A stretch of 50,515 nucleotides of DNA, taken from the NCBI GenBank assembly GCA_964537235.1, contig CAZHZQ010000001.1:1-50515 (forward strand), given 5' to 3'. A program made the position numbers and the translations under genes. The stretch is from an uncultured Actinomycetota bacterium. GTDB taxonomy: Bacteria > Actinomycetota > Nitriliruptoria > Nitriliruptorales > JAHWKO01. Positions 24,255 to 35,237 of the stretch are shown piece by piece (the stretch's first letter is position 1; each line of letters opens with the position of its first letter). The notes beneath the pieces are model-generated. The model made no database searches. It worked only from the letters and a program-made list of their open reading frames with translations, and was not told the DNA's origin.

Positions 24255-26381
24255 ATGTTGACACCGGTCGGTGAGCACGAACTCCTGGTGTTCTGGCTGC
24301 AACTGGTGGTCCTGTTGGGGGCGGCGCGTGGCCTGGGCGGTGTGATGAAGCGCGTCGGCCAGCCCGCCGTGATCGGTGAGTTGGGCGCCGGCCTGCTGCT
24401 CGGGCCGTCGGTGTTCGGCCGGGTGGCCCCGGGGTTGGCCGGTTGGCTGTTCCCCGGCGGTGAGGTCGAGAGCGCACTGATCCTGGCCGTGGCGTGGCTG
24501 GGGATCGTGTTCCTGCTCACCGTGACGGGCTTCGAGACGGATCTGCGTCTGATCACGCGGCTGGGACGGTCGGCCGCCGGTGTGACGATCGGCAGCCTGG
24601 TCGTTCCCCTGGCCCTGGGGATCGGGCTGGGATTCTTGCTTCCGGAGACGTTCGTCGGCGAGCAGGGCGGGCGGGGCATCTTCGCCGCGTTCATCGCCGT
24701 GGCGCTGTCCATATCCGCGCTGCCGGTGATCGCGAAGATCCTGCAGGACATGAACCTGATGCGGCGCAACTTCGGGCAGGTGACCATCGCGGCGGGGATG
24801 GTCAACGACACCGTCGGATGGTTGTTGCTGGGAGCGCTGACGGCGGTGGTGCACACCGGCGGCCTGGATGTCGGTGGCCTGGTGCTGACGTTGGGAGCGA
24901 TCGTCGCGTTCGTGGCCGTGGCGTTCACGCTGGGGCAGCGGGCGGTGGACTGGAGCCTGCGACGTGCTCGGCGCGGTGAGATCCGGTTCGAAGCATCGCT
25001 GACGGTGACCCTGCTGATCGTGTTCGCCGCCGGGGCGGTGACCCACGCGATCGGGATGGAGGCGGTGATCGGTGCCTTCGTCATCGGGATCGTCCTGGGG
25101 CGGTCGCGTTACCTGCCAACGGAGGTGGAACACTCGATCGAGCACCTCAGCCACGCGGTGTTCGCACCGATCTTCTTCGCCACGGCCGGCCTGTACGTGG
25201 ATCTGGGCGCTCTGGCCGATCCGGCGGCGGCGGTCGGGGCGCTGGCGGTGCTCGTGGTGGCCGCGATCTCGAAGCTGGCGGGTTCGTACGCGGGTGGCCG
25301 TCTCAGTGGGCTCACCCCCGTGGAGAGCCTGGCCGCGGGGATCGGCCTGAACGCCCGCGGGGCCATGGAGATCGTCCTGGCGGCGATCGGGCTTCGGCTG
25401 GCGGTGCTGAACGAGGCCTCCTACGCAGCGGTGGTGTTGATGGCGATGGTCACCTCGATGGCCGCCCCACCGTTGCTGCGACCCGTGCTGCGCCGTCTGG
25501 AAGCAACCCCTGAGGAGACCGAACGTCTCGAACGGGAGGAACTGCTGGCGGCGAGCGTGATCGCCAGCGCGGACAACGCCCTGCTGCCCACCCGTGGTGG
25601 GGCGAACTCGATCATGGCGGGCCGGATGCTGGATCTCATCCTTCAGCCCCATGCCGGCGTCACGGTGCTGACCGTGGGAAGACCCGACGAGGAGGACGCG
25701 GCTGGCCGTGTGGAACGCGCGCGGCAGGTTACGGGCTCGTTCGACACCCGCGCCCCGGACTTCCGCCGGACGACCTCCGAAGATGTCGCAGGCGCGATCC
25801 TCCAGGAGGCGAGGTTGGGCTACGACCTGATGGCCCTCGGGCTCAACGAGGAGTTCCGCGGCACGCACCAGCTGTCCGACCGTCTCCAACGGATGATCGC
25901 GGACGTCGACGTCCCGGTGCTGCTCGTACGTCGGCCAGCCCGGCGGACCTCGCCGGACGCGCTGACCGGAGCGCCCATCCGCCGCATCCTGGTCCCGGTG
26001 ACCGGCACCGTCGTCGGGCTGGCCGCGGAGGAGATCGCCTTCGTGCTCGCCTCGAGGCTCGACGCGGAGGTCGATGCGGTCCACGTCGTGTCCCGCCCGG
26101 ACCCCGAACGCGCCGCCGACGCCCAGATCCGTGGACAGCTGCGACGCAGCCGCGTCCTGTCCCAGCGTTTCGGACGTACCGCCTCTGCGCTGCTGCGGGT
26201 CGCGCCGGTGCCGTACGAGGGCCTGCTCGACGCCGCCACCGAGCGGCAGACCGACCTGATAGTCCTCGGCACCCAGGTCCGCTCGCACGAGGGCCGCCCC
26301 TTCCTCGGCCACGGCACGGAGTACCTGCTCGAACACGCCTCCACGGCCGTCGCCGTCATCGTGTTCCCCGCCAGCTCGTAG
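24255..26381 (+). CDS. Cation:proton antiporter (CPA2 type) fused to tandem universal-stress-protein domains
   Basis: N-terminal QPAVIGELGAGLLLGPSVFG and about 12 TM segments. The C-terminal halves have USP-like ILVPV.G / DLIVLG / VAVIVF blocks. Confidence 0.87.
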   Translation: MLTPVGEHELLVFWLQLVVLLGAARGLGGVMKRVGQPAVIGELGAGLLLGPSVFGRVAPGLAGWLFPGGEVESALILAVAWLGIVFLLTVTGFETDLRLITRLGRSAAGVTIGSLVVPLALGIGLGFLLPETFVGEQGGRGIFAAFIAVALSISALPVIAKILQDMNLMRRNFGQVTIAAGMVNDTVGWLLLGALTAVVHTGGLDVGGLVLTLGAIVAFVAVAFTLGQRAVDWSLRRARRGEIRFEASLTVTLLIVFAAGAVTHAIGMEAVIGAFVIGIVLGRSRYLPTEVEHSIEHLSHAVFAPIFFATAGLYVDLGALADPAAAVGALAVLVVAAISKLAGSYAGGRLSGLTPVESLAAGIGLNARGAMEIVLAAIGLRLAVLNEASYAAVVLMAMVTSMAAPPLLRPVLRRLEATPEETERLEREELLAASVIASADNALLPTRGGANSIMAGRMLDLILQPHAGVTVLTVGRPDEEDAAGRVERARQVTGSFDTRAPDFRRTTSEDVAGAILQEARLGYDLMALGLNEEFRGTHQLSDRLQRMIADVDVPVLLVRRPARRTSPDALTGAPIRRILVPVTGTVVGLAAEEIAFVLASRLDAEVDAVHVVSRPDPERAADAQIRGQLRRSRVLSQRFGRTASALLRVAPVPYEGLLDAATERQTDLIVLGTQVRSHEGRPFLGHGTEYLLEHASTAVAVIVFPASS

Positions 26382-26384
26382 CTC

Positions 26385-26972
26385 TCAGTCGGTCGCGGAG
26401 CGCTCGTTGCCGGGGTAGACGTCCTCCTCGGAGACCTCCCACACGGGGGTCTTGGTCGAGTTCTCGACGTTGAACCCGTAGTCGAAGGCCAGGGACCCGC
26501 CGTACGTCGCCCCGTACGCGGTGAGCAGTCCGATCACGACCGACAGGACGGTGACACCGATCGGTGCGGCCGGAGCGTCGTAGCTCCCCAGCCGCAACAC
26601 GAGGTCGACGGCCACCAGCACGGTGACGGTCACCATCACCGCCATGTGCCAGTTCGCGGTCCGCCACGCCTGGGTGTGCTTGGGTGTGCTCTTCCACCAG
26701 TCCCAGAACCCGGTCGCCGCCGCCCCGAGTGAGACGACGGCCCCGCCGGCCAACGTCCACGTGCCGGCGACGTAGGCATCGGCCGCGAAACCACGGTCGG
26801 CGCCGGCCACGGCGGAGATGAGGTCGAAGGCTGCGACCAGGGTGTACGCCCCGATCGGCACGTCCGTCAGCGGAGGGTGCAGCGGTTTGCCCGCCCAGCC
26901 CCGTATCCCTTTGAACTCGCGGCCGCGGAACGTGATGCCCGGACCGATCGAGAAGATGCGTCGTCGTCCCAC
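26385..26972 (-). CDS. DUF2231-like integral membrane protein
   Basis: GKPLHPPLTDVPIGAYT motif followed by 4 TM segments. Confidence 0.72.
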   Translation of the reverse strand: MGRRRIFSIGPGITFRGREFKGIRGWAGKPLHPPLTDVPIGAYTLVAAFDLISAVAGADRGFAADAYVAGTWTLAGGAVVSLGAAATGFWDWWKSTPKHTQAWRTANWHMAVMVTVTVLVAVDLVLRLGSYDAPAAPIGVTVLSVVIGLLTAYGATYGGSLAFDYGFNVENSTKTPVWEVSEEDVYPGNERSATD

Positions 26973-27013
26973 GTCGTCCTCCGTCGTCCTCGGTGCTCCC
27001 CGCTGTCTCCTGT

Positions 27014-28483
27014 ATGTCTAGCGCTTCGACGCATGACTACGCTCCCGACAGCCCAGTGGGAGATCTCGCCGTGTCCGACCTCGCGTTCACGTCCGCGCTC
27101 GAACAGGCCCGCATGATCCGGGACGGCGAGGTCTCCTCGCGGGAGCTGGTCGACCTCTACCTGGATCGGATCGACACGTACGACGACGACCTCAACAGCT
27201 ACACGACGGTCCTGCATGACGAGGCCCGGCGCCTCGCCGCGGAGAAGGACGAGCGGACGGCCTCGGCCGCTCCGGACGAACTGCCCCCGTTCCACGGGGT
27301 CCCGGTCTCGATCAAGGGCCTGAACTTCCTCGCGGGGCAGCCCGCCACGATGGGCACGCGCGCGATGAAGGACTTCCGCGCCCCGTTCGACGACGAGATC
27401 GTGGCGCGGCTCAAGCGCGCCGGCATGGTGCCGCTCGGGCTCACCAACGTGCCAGAGTTCGGGTCGGTCGCCTACACGGAACCTGAGCTGTTCGGACCCG
27501 CCCGCAACCCGTGGGACCACGACCGCACCCCAGGGGGATCGTCCGGGGGTGGCGCGGCGGCGCTCGCCGCGGGCCTGTGTCCCGTATCGCAGGGATCCGA
27601 CGGGGCTGGCTCCCTGCGCATCCCCGCGTCGAACTGCGGGCTGTTCACGATCAAGCCGACCCGCGATCGTGTCAGCCGCGCCCCGCTCTTCGGCAACTTC
27701 GGGTTCGAGCTGTCCACCGGTGGCACGATCAGTCGGACGGTCGCGGACACCGCGGCGCTCCTCGACGTCCTCCACGGGTACGTGCCCGGGGACCCTGGGA
27801 TGCTGCCCGATCCGGAACGGCCCTTCGCGGACGAGGTCGGTCGGGACCCGGGTCAGCTGCGGATCGGCGTGCTGTCCACCAGCCCGGTCGGTCGCTACGC
27901 GGAGCCCGTGCGGGCTGCTCTCGATGAGGCACGGACGGTCGTCGCGGAGCTCGACCACGAGGTCGTCGAGGTCGAGGTGGGCGTCGAGGACGACGTGATC
28001 GACGCGTTCATGGACATGTGGGCGGCGATGATGTCGGCGCAGCCCGTGCCTCTGGACACCATCGAGCCGCACAACCGGTGGCTCGTGGAGGAGCGGGGGA
28101 AGTCGATCTCGGGTGGTTCCTACCTGATGTCCGAGTTCCGCCTCAACCAGTACTGCCGTCAGCTCGTCGGGCGCTTCCACACCGAGTTCGACGTGCTCGC
28201 CTTCCCGGTCGTGACCGAGCTCCCGTTGCAGGTACGGGAACTGGCGGACGCCGAGCCGGAGGCCGTGTGGGACCGCATGACCGAGTACGTGGGCGCGACC
28301 GCGATCGTCAACGCCACCGGACAGCCGTCCATCGGGGTCCCGCTGTACCACGACGACGACAGCGGCCTGCCCGTGGGGGTCCAGTTCGTCGGGCGTTTCG
28401 CCGAGGAGTCGCTGCTGTTCCGGCTCGCCGGTCAGCTCGAGCAGGCGCGGCCGTGGCACGACCGGTGCCCGCCCGGCTACTGA
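27014..28483 (+). CDS. Amidase (amidase-signature family)
   Basis: GVPVSIKG, GGSSGGGAAALAAG, GSDGAGSLRIPAS. The start is uncertain (GTG 26993, ATG 27014, or GTG 27071 with GGGAGA upstream). Confidence 0.87.
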   Translation: MSSASTHDYAPDSPVGDLAVSDLAFTSALEQARMIRDGEVSSRELVDLYLDRIDTYDDDLNSYTTVLHDEARRLAAEKDERTASAAPDELPPFHGVPVSIKGLNFLAGQPATMGTRAMKDFRAPFDDEIVARLKRAGMVPLGLTNVPEFGSVAYTEPELFGPARNPWDHDRTPGGSSGGGAAALAAGLCPVSQGSDGAGSLRIPASNCGLFTIKPTRDRVSRAPLFGNFGFELSTGGTISRTVADTAALLDVLHGYVPGDPGMLPDPERPFADEVGRDPGQLRIGVLSTSPVGRYAEPVRAALDEARTVVAELDHEVVEVEVGVEDDVIDAFMDMWAAMMSAQPVPLDTIEPHNRWLVEERGKSISGGSYLMSEFRLNQYCRQLVGRFHTEFDVLAFPVVTELPLQVRELADAEPEAVWDRMTEYVGATAIVNATGQPSIGVPLYHDDDSGLPVGVQFVGRFAEESLLFRLAGQLEQARPWHDRCPPGY

Positions 28484-28503
28484 ACCGCTCGGCTACTGGA
28501 CGG

Positions 28504-29879
28504 TCACTCGACCCAGACGGTCTTGACGTTCGTGAACTCCCGGGCCCCGGGCCAGGAGAGCTCGCGACCGTAGCCGGAGTCCTTGACTCCCCCGAAGGGC
28601 AGGCGCGGGTCGGACTTGACGAGCTCGTTGATGAACACCGAGCCGGCCTCGACCCGTTCGGCCAGACGCTCGCCCCGTTCGCGGTCCTCGGTCCAGATCG
28701 CCGCGCCCAGTCCGAACCGTGACGAGTTCGCCAGCGCGAGCGCGACCTCCTCGGTCTCGGCGCGCATCACGGCGGCGACCGGGCCGAACGTCTCGTCCGA
28801 TGCGGCGGACGACTCGGGGTGCACGTCGCGCAGCACGGTCGGGGTGTAGTAGTACCCGGGACCGTCGATCGGCTCGCCGCCCGTGGCGAGCTCGCCACCC
28901 TGGTTCAGGGTGGCCTGTACCTGCCGGTGCAGCGTCAGCCGCAGGTCCTCGCGGGCGATCGGACCGATGTCGGTGTCCTCGTCCGTGGGGTCGCCGACCG
29001 TCCGGGACTCGAACTGGTCGACGAACCGCTCGAGGAAGTCCTCGTAGACGTCGTCGAGGACGATGAACCGCTTCGCGGCGATGCAGCTCTGCCCCGAGTT
29101 CAGCAGCCTGCTGTCCGCGCCGACCTGCGCCGCACGGTCGAGATCGGCGTCGTCGAGGACGATGCACGCGTCCGATCCCCCCAGCTCGAGCACGGTCTTC
29201 TTCAGGTGCTCGCCGGCCGTCGCCGCGACCGCGCGTCCCGCTCGGTCGCTGCCGGTCAGGGTCACGCCCCGGATGCGCCGGTCGCCGATGACGTCGGCGA
29301 GGGTGTCGTGGTCGACCAGCAGCGTCTGAAACGCGCCCTCGGGGAGCCCGGCCTCCTCGAAGATCTCCTGGCACGCGAGCGCGACGCCGGTCGTGTTGTT
29401 GGAGTGGCTCAGCAGCCCGGTGTTGCCGGCCGCGAGGTTGGGGACCGCGAAGCGCATGAACTGCCAGTACGGGTAGTTCCACGGCATGACCGCCAGGATC
29501 GGTCCGAGCGGGTCGTACCGGACGTAGGAGGAGCGCGCGTCGGTCTCGACCTGCTCGGGGGCGAGGTAGCGCTCGGCGTTGTCGACGTAGTGGCGGCACA
29601 ACCAGACGCACTTGTCGAGCTCGGCCCGCGATGCTCCGATCGGCTTGCCCATCTCGCGTGTCGCCAGCTCCGCGAGCTCGTCGCGACGCGTCTCGATCAC
29701 GTCCGCCGCCTTGGCGAGCACCCCGACGCGCTCATCGACCGAGGCGCCCCGCCAGTCGTCCTGCCAGGTCGTCCACGCCCGCGCCAGCATCCAGGTGAGC
29801 TCGTCGCCGCTGTGGAGCTCGTACGTCTCGATCTGTTCGCCGGTGGCCGGGTTGACCGTCGTGATCACGTGAGCACCTT
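28504..29879 (-). CDS. NAD(P)-dependent aldehyde dehydrogenase (succinate-semialdehyde dehydrogenase-like)
   Basis: [44 protein letters not shown] 29879 has GGAAGG 7 nt upstream. The track start is 29892. Confidence 0.9.
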
Positions 29880-30014
29880 CCGCTCGCCTCACCCATCATG
29901 CAAGCATCCGCACGGGGGACCCCGCCGAGTCCGAACGGACGACGCCGCGGTTGGCGCATCCGCACCCGCTGCGGCACCGTGTGCGGCACCGTCCGCCTCC
30001 CCCTGAGGTTCCTC

Positions 30015-31058
30015 GTGCCTCCATCCGCCTTCCTCGCCGCCTGCCGTGGTGAGCCCCACGAGCGTGTCCCCGTCTGGTTCATGCGGCAGGCCGGCCGCTC
30101 GCTGCCGGAGTACCGGAAGCTCCGCGAGCAGCACTCGATGTCGGAGGTGATCCACGCGCCCGATCTCGCCGCCGAGGTCACGCTGCAGCCCGTCCGCCGC
30201 TACGACGTCGATGCGGCCATCCTGTTCTCCGACATCGTGACCCCGCTCGCCGCGGTCGATGTCGACGTGGAGATCGTCAGCGGGGTCGGTCCGGTCGTCG
30301 ACGAGCCCTTCCGCAGCGCCTCCGACCTGGATCGGCTGCGTCCGATCGATCCCGACGTCGACCTGGCCCACGTGCTCGAGACGGTCCGGATCCTGGTCGC
30401 AGAGCTCGAGATCCCGTTGATCGGGTTCGCCGGCGCCCCGTTCACGCTCGCCAGCTACCTCGTGGAAGGCGGCCCGTCCAAGCACCACGCGGCGACCAAG
30501 GCGTTGATGTACGGCGAGCCGGACCTGTGGGGGCAGCTGCTCGACCGGATCGGCGACATCGTGGCCGCGACGCTGCGGGCACAGATCGACGCCGGCGTAC
30601 AGGCGGTGCAGCTGTTCGACTCCTGGGCGGGCGCGCTGTCGGGCGACGACTACCGGCGGTACGTCCTGCCGTCGAGCCGGCGGATCCTGAGCGGCCTGGC
30701 CGACCTCGGCGTCCCGAGGATCCACTTCGGCGTGAGCACCGGCGAGATCCTGCCGCTCATGGCCGCTGCGGAGGCCGACGTCGTCGGCGTCGACTGGCGC
30801 GTGCCCCTGGACGTGGCCAGGGAGCGGATCGCGACGGACGTCGCGTTGCAGGGCAACCTCGACCCGGCGGTGTGCCTCGGGCCGTGGGAGCTGGTCGCCG
30901 AGCGCGCCCGCGAGGTCCTGAAGCGCTCGGAGGGCCATCCCGCCTACGTGTTCAACCTCGGGCACGGGGTGCTGCCCGAGACCGACCCCGACACCCTGCG
31001 TCGCCTCGTGGACCTCGTCCACGACGAGGGGACCGTCGCGGAGGTGGCGTCGCCGTGA
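30015..31058 (+). CDS. hemE: Uroporphyrinogen decarboxylase
   Basis: [43 protein letters not shown] 30015 is preceded by GAGG. Confidence 0.92.
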   Translation: MPPSAFLAACRGEPHERVPVWFMRQAGRSLPEYRKLREQHSMSEVIHAPDLAAEVTLQPVRRYDVDAAILFSDIVTPLAAVDVDVEIVSGVGPVVDEPFRSASDLDRLRPIDPDVDLAHVLETVRILVAELEIPLIGFAGAPFTLASYLVEGGPSKHHAATKALMYGEPDLWGQLLDRIGDIVAATLRAQIDAGVQAVQLFDSWAGALSGDDYRRYVLPSSRRILSGLADLGVPRIHFGVSTGEILPLMAAAEADVVGVDWRVPLDVARERIATDVALQGNLDPAVCLGPWELVAERAREVLKRSEGHPAYVFNLGHGVLPETDPDTLRRLVDLVHDEGTVAEVASP

Positions 31059-32449
31059 GTCCGCACGTCGGCGTCGTCGGCGGGGGCATCACGGGCCTGA
31101 CCGCCGCGTACCACCTGCGGCGCACCGCCCCGGCGCTCGACGTCACGGTCTTCGAGAGCGGATCCGAACCGGGCGGCAAGCTGCGGACGGGCAGGGTCGG
31201 GGATCTGCGTCTCGAGACCGGTGCCGACGCCTTCCTCGTGCGCGACCCCGACGCCCTCGACCTGTGCGAGCAGTTGGACCTGGAGGACGAACTCGTCCAG
31301 CCCGCCGTCCAGGGGGTGCAGATCTGGGCCGACGGGCGGGCGCATCCGCTGCCGCCCGAGCTGGTGCTCGGGGTGCCCACCCGGTTCGCCCCGCTGTTCC
31401 GGTCCGGGGTGATCTCGGGGCGTGGGGCGCTGCGGGCAACCTTGGACCTGGTCATGCCCCGCGAGGTGGACGTCGACGACGCGTCGGTCGCCGGGCTGGT
31501 GGGCCACCGGTTCGGGCGGGAGGTCCTGGAGCGCCTGGTGGACCCGTTGCTGTCGGGGATCTACGCGGGGGATCCCGAGCAGCTGGGCGCGGCCGCGGCG
31601 ACCCCGCGGCTCGCCGACGCGGCCAGGGAGCACCGGAGCCTGGCCAGGGGACTGCGCGCAACGACGTCCGATGCGACGTCCGACGATCGGGCCGAGGGAT
31701 CCGTCTTTCGGTCCTTGCGGGGCGGGATGTCGCGCCTGATCGAACGGTTGGGCGAGGAGGTGCGGGTCGAGACGCGGACCCCGGTCCGTCTCGTGGGGCG
31801 GTCCGGCTCTGGTTCCGGGTCCGGCTACGTGCTCGAACGGGCGACCGGCGACCCGGTCGAGGTCGACGCGTTGATCCTCGCGGTGCCGGCGTTCGTGGCC
31901 GGGGCGCTGCTCCGTGACGTCGCCCCGGAGGCGTCAGAGACCCTGCACCAGATCCCCTACGTGTCCGTGGCGTCGATCATCACCGTCCACGAACCGGGAT
32001 CGGTCGAGGTGACCGGCAGCGGGATGCTCGTGCCTCACGGCGGTTCGCGGGCCGTCAAGGCCGTGACCTACGTGTCCAACAAGTGGGAGCACCTCGTCGA
32101 CGACGACCGGGTGGTCCTGCGTTCGTCCGTCGGCCGTCGGGGTGCGGAGGAGGCCGTGGCGTGGGAGGACGAACGGCTGGTCGACACGGTCCTCCGCGAC
32201 CTGCGCGATCTGGTCGGGGTCCACCGGTCACCCACTGAGGTCGAGATCACGCGTTGGGAGCGCGCCCTGCCGCAGTACGAGACGGACCATCTCGATCGGC
32301 TCGCACGCCTCGATCGCGCCCTGGCGATCCACCAGCGGCTCGCGCTCGCCGGGGCGGCCTATCGGGGCGTGGGGATCAGCGCGTGCGTGCAGGACGGCCG
32401 GCGCGCCGCCACACGGATCGCCTCGGCCCTCAGCTCGGTGCCGGCCTGA
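31055..32449 (+). CDS. hemY: Protoporphyrinogen/coproporphyrinogen III oxidase (HemY/CgoX type)
   Basis: GTG 31055 overlaps the hemE TGA. FAD dinucleotide fold [15 protein letters not shown]. It lies directly after hemE. Confidence 0.88.
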   Translation: MSPHVGVVGGGITGLTAAYHLRRTAPALDVTVFESGSEPGGKLRTGRVGDLRLETGADAFLVRDPDALDLCEQLDLEDELVQPAVQGVQIWADGRAHPLPPELVLGVPTRFAPLFRSGVISGRGALRATLDLVMPREVDVDDASVAGLVGHRFGREVLERLVDPLLSGIYAGDPEQLGAAAATPRLADAAREHRSLARGLRATTSDATSDDRAEGSVFRSLRGGMSRLIERLGEEVRVETRTPVRLVGRSGSGSGSGYVLERATGDPVEVDALILAVPAFVAGALLRDVAPEASETLHQIPYVSVASIITVHEPGSVEVTGSGMLVPHGGSRAVKAVTYVSNKWEHLVDDDRVVLRSSVGRRGAEEAVAWEDERLVDTVLRDLRDLVGVHRSPTEVEITRWERALPQYETDHLDRLARLDRALAIHQRLALAGAAYRGVGISACVQDGRRAATRIASALSSVPA

Positions 32450-32510
32450 TCAGCTCGGGTCCGTCGTTGCGGACGTCGTTGACGGTCGGGGCGACCGCGT
32501 CTGCACACCG

Positions 32511-33707
32511 CTACAAGCCCATGGTATTCGCGACGATCTCCTTCATGATCTCGTCGGTGCCGCCGCCGATCGGCCCGAGGCGCGAATCCCGCCACCAGCG
32601 CTGCACCGGGAACTCCATCATGTAGCCGTACCCGCCGTGCACCTGCACGGCCTCGTCGGCCACCTCCCAGGCCATGCGCTGGGTCGCCAGCTTCGCCTGG
32701 GCGGCGGCGCGCACGATCTCGGGATCCGATCCGTCCGCATCGTTCGCCACGTACAGCCGCAACGCGTGCTCGGTGAGGCTGCGCCCCATCGCGATCTCGG
32801 TGTTCAGGTCGGCGAACCGGTGGCGCCACACCTGGAACCGGGCGACCGGCCGGCCGAACGCCTCACGCTGCTGGGCGTAGTCGATCGCGGCCTGCAGGGT
32901 GCGTTCGGCCCCGGCGACCGCACCCAGCGCCATGGTCAACCGTTCCCAGACGAAGTTGCGCATGATCGCGTAGAAGCCGCCGCCCACCTCGCCCAGCACG
33001 GCCTCCTCCGGGACCTGGACGCGGTCGAACCTGAGCTCTCCGGTGTGGGAGGTGCGCCAGCCGAGCATCTTCATCCGTCGGCGCTCGACGCCGTCCGCGT
33101 CGGCATCGACGAGGAACAGCGTCAGACCTCCGTGACCGGCGTCCGGGTCGGTCTTCGCTGCCACGACGACCCAGTCGCACCACGCCCCGTTCGTGATGAA
33201 CACCTTCTCGCCATCGATCACCCAGCCGGCGCCGTCGCGTTTCGCCGTCGTCGTGATGTTGGCGACGTCGCTGCCGGCATCGGGCTCGGTGATCGCCAGC
33301 GCCCCGATCGTCTCGCCCGCGATCCCGGACGTGAGGTACCGCTCCCTCTGGGCATCGTCGCCGCAGCGGTCGACGTACAGCATCGCCAGCTGGGAGTGGG
33401 CACCCAGGTCGGCCGCCACACCGCCCGAACCGGCCCGGGCCAGCTCCTGGACCCACACCGCCTCGGCGAGGTGGTCGGGGCCGGAACCGCCCCAGCGATC
33501 GTCGAACTTCATGCCGAACAGGCCGGCTTCGCCGACGGTGCGGAACAGCTCGCGGGGGAAGTCCTCCTCGGCCTCCCAGTCCTCGACGTCGGGGGCGATC
33601 TCGGACTCCACGAAGGCGCGGCAGGTGTCACGCAGCGCGTCGTGCTCCTCCCGGAACAGCGGCAGACGCGTTGCGGTGTCGTGCGCGATCGCGGTGTCGA
33701 CGGTCAT
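32511..33707 (-). CDS. Acyl-CoA dehydrogenase
   Basis: ITEPDAGSD, FITNG, HGGYGYMMEFPVQRWWRD, IGGGTDEIM. Confidence 0.9.
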   Translation of the reverse strand: MTVDTAIAHDTATRLPLFREEHDALRDTCRAFVESEIAPDVEDWEAEEDFPRELFRTVGEAGLFGMKFDDRWGGSGPDHLAEAVWVQELARAGSGGVAADLGAHSQLAMLYVDRCGDDAQRERYLTSGIAGETIGALAITEPDAGSDVANITTTAKRDGAGWVIDGEKVFITNGAWCDWVVVAAKTDPDAGHGGLTLFLVDADADGVERRRMKMLGWRTSHTGELRFDRVQVPEEAVLGEVGGGFYAIMRNFVWERLTMALGAVAGAERTLQAAIDYAQQREAFGRPVARFQVWRHRFADLNTEIAMGRSLTEHALRLYVANDADGSDPEIVRAAAQAKLATQRMAWEVADEAVQVHGGYGYMMEFPVQRWWRDSRLGPIGGGTDEIMKEIVANTMGL

Positions 33708-33708
33708 G

Positions 33709-34908
33709 TCACACCCCCATCAGCTTGGAGATGATCTCGCGCTGGACCTCGTCGGAGCCGCCACCGATCCGGTTCAGCCTGGAGTCGCGCCAGGCCCGTT
33801 CGACCGTGAACTCGGTCGAGTAGCCGTAGCCGCCGAACAGCTGCATCGTCTCGTCGGCCACCCACGATCCGAGCTGCGCGGAGGCGAGCTTGCACATCGC
33901 GATCTCGGTCGTGGCGTACACCCCGCGGTTCCACTTGTCAGCGCAGTCGTACACCAGACGGCGACAGGCCTCGATCCGCGTCGCCATGTCCACCAGCCGG
34001 TGCTTCTGCACCTGGAAGGAGGCGATCTGGCGTCCGAACGCCTCGCGCTGCTGCCCGTACTCGATCGCCCGATCGAGGTTGCGTTGTGCCCCGGCGACGG
34101 CCTGGATCGCCGCGATCAGCCGTTCGCCCTGCAGCTCCCACATGATCTGCTTGAAGCCCTGCCCCTCGACCCCGAGCAGGGCCTCCTCGGGCACGTGGAC
34201 GTCCTCGAGCCGCAGCTGCGCGGTGTCGGAGCAGCGCATCCCGACCTTGTCGAGCTTCTCCATCACCTCGAACCCGTCGAGGTCGGTGTCCACGAGGAAC
34301 AGCGAGATCCCGTCGTACCTTCCCCGGCCGTCCTCCCGACGTCCCCGGCCGTCCTCCCGGCCGTCCTCAGGGCCTCCGTGCGTGCGCACCACCATCGTGC
34401 AGAAGTCCGCCCGGACCCCGTTGGTGATGAACATCTTCCCGCCGTTGATCACCCAACCGTCGGAGACCTTCTCGGCTCGCGTGCGGATCCGTGCGACGTC
34501 GCTGCCGGCATCGGGCTCGGTGATGCCCAGGCAGGCGATCTTCTCGCCGCGCACGGCCGGTTCGAGGTAGTCGCGCTTCTGCTGGTCGGTGCCGAACTTC
34601 AGGATGGGCGGTGTGGCCATGTCGGTCTGCACGGCGATCGCCATCGGCACGCCGCCGTTGCCGGCACCGGACAGCTCCTCGGCGAGCACGACCGTGCACC
34701 AGTAGTCGCCACCCTGCCCTCCGTGCTCCTCCGGCACCGTCAGGCCGAGGAACCCGAGCTCTCCGGCGCGGTGGAACACCTCGTCGGGGAACCAGGCGTC
34801 GGCCTCCCACTCGTCCGCGTGTGGGGCCAGCTCCCCGCTGACCCACCGGCGGACCGCCGCGCGGAGCTGCTCGTGCTCCTCGGCGAACGGTTCGACGGAG
34901 GCCGCCAT
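33709..34908 (-). CDS. Acyl-CoA dehydrogenase (paralogue carrying a charged repeat insertion)
   Basis: ITEPDAGSD, FITNG, FGGYGYSTEFTVERAWRD, IGGGSDEV. ATG 34908 overlaps the rhodanese TGA (ATGA). The track start at 35145 is an Arg/Gly-rich artefact. Confidence 0.88.
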   Translation of the reverse strand: MAASVEPFAEEHEQLRAAVRRWVSGELAPHADEWEADAWFPDEVFHRAGELGFLGLTVPEEHGGQGGDYWCTVVLAEELSGAGNGGVPMAIAVQTDMATPPILKFGTDQQKRDYLEPAVRGEKIACLGITEPDAGSDVARIRTRAEKVSDGWVINGGKMFITNGVRADFCTMVVRTHGGPEDGREDGRGRREDGRGRYDGISLFLVDTDLDGFEVMEKLDKVGMRCSDTAQLRLEDVHVPEEALLGVEGQGFKQIMWELQGERLIAAIQAVAGAQRNLDRAIEYGQQREAFGRQIASFQVQKHRLVDMATRIEACRRLVYDCADKWNRGVYATTEIAMCKLASAQLGSWVADETMQLFGGYGYSTEFTVERAWRDSRLNRIGGGSDEVQREIISKLMGV

Positions 34909-35237
34909 CAGTGCACCAGCTCCCCGTCGATCGGGAGGCCTTCCTCGACCCAGTGCTTCATGCCTCCGACGACGTTGCCGGCGTCGACCCCCTGGGCTCG
35001 CAGCCAGCGAGCGACCTGGCCGGACCGTGCTCCGGAGTAGCAGACGACGTGGACCGTGCGGTCCTCGAGCTGCTCCAGGGCCCCGGGGACGGCCCGCATC
35101 GGGATGTGGACGGCGTCCACGGCGTGACCGCCGCGCCACTCCCACTCCTCACGACAGTCGAGGAGGACGGCCTCGCCCGACGCGGCGGCGTCCTTGGCCT
35201 GCCGGGGCGTCACGTCGCCGTCCTCACCCGCTGACAT
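34908..35237 (-). CDS. Rhodanese-like sulfurtransferase domain protein
   Basis: LLDCREEWEW, active-site loop VVCYSGARSGQ, GGMKHW. ATG 35237. Confidence 0.8.
   Translation of the reverse strand: MSAGEDGDVTPRQAKDAAASGEAVLLDCREEWEWRGGHAVDAVHIPMRAVPGALEQLEDRTVHVVCYSGARSGQVARWLRAQGVDAGNVVGGMKHWVEEGLPIDGELVH

Noticed and set aside
24086-25084. The N-terminal 333 aa of the 1058-aa track ORF (21908..25084, minus strand)
   Set aside because: This part is a low-complexity Ala/Arg/Ser/Thr/Pro-rich sequence lying antisense to the well-supported CPA2 antiporter gene. The permease homology starts only at about 24060, and a TTG at 24085 has a proper AGGAG RBS.
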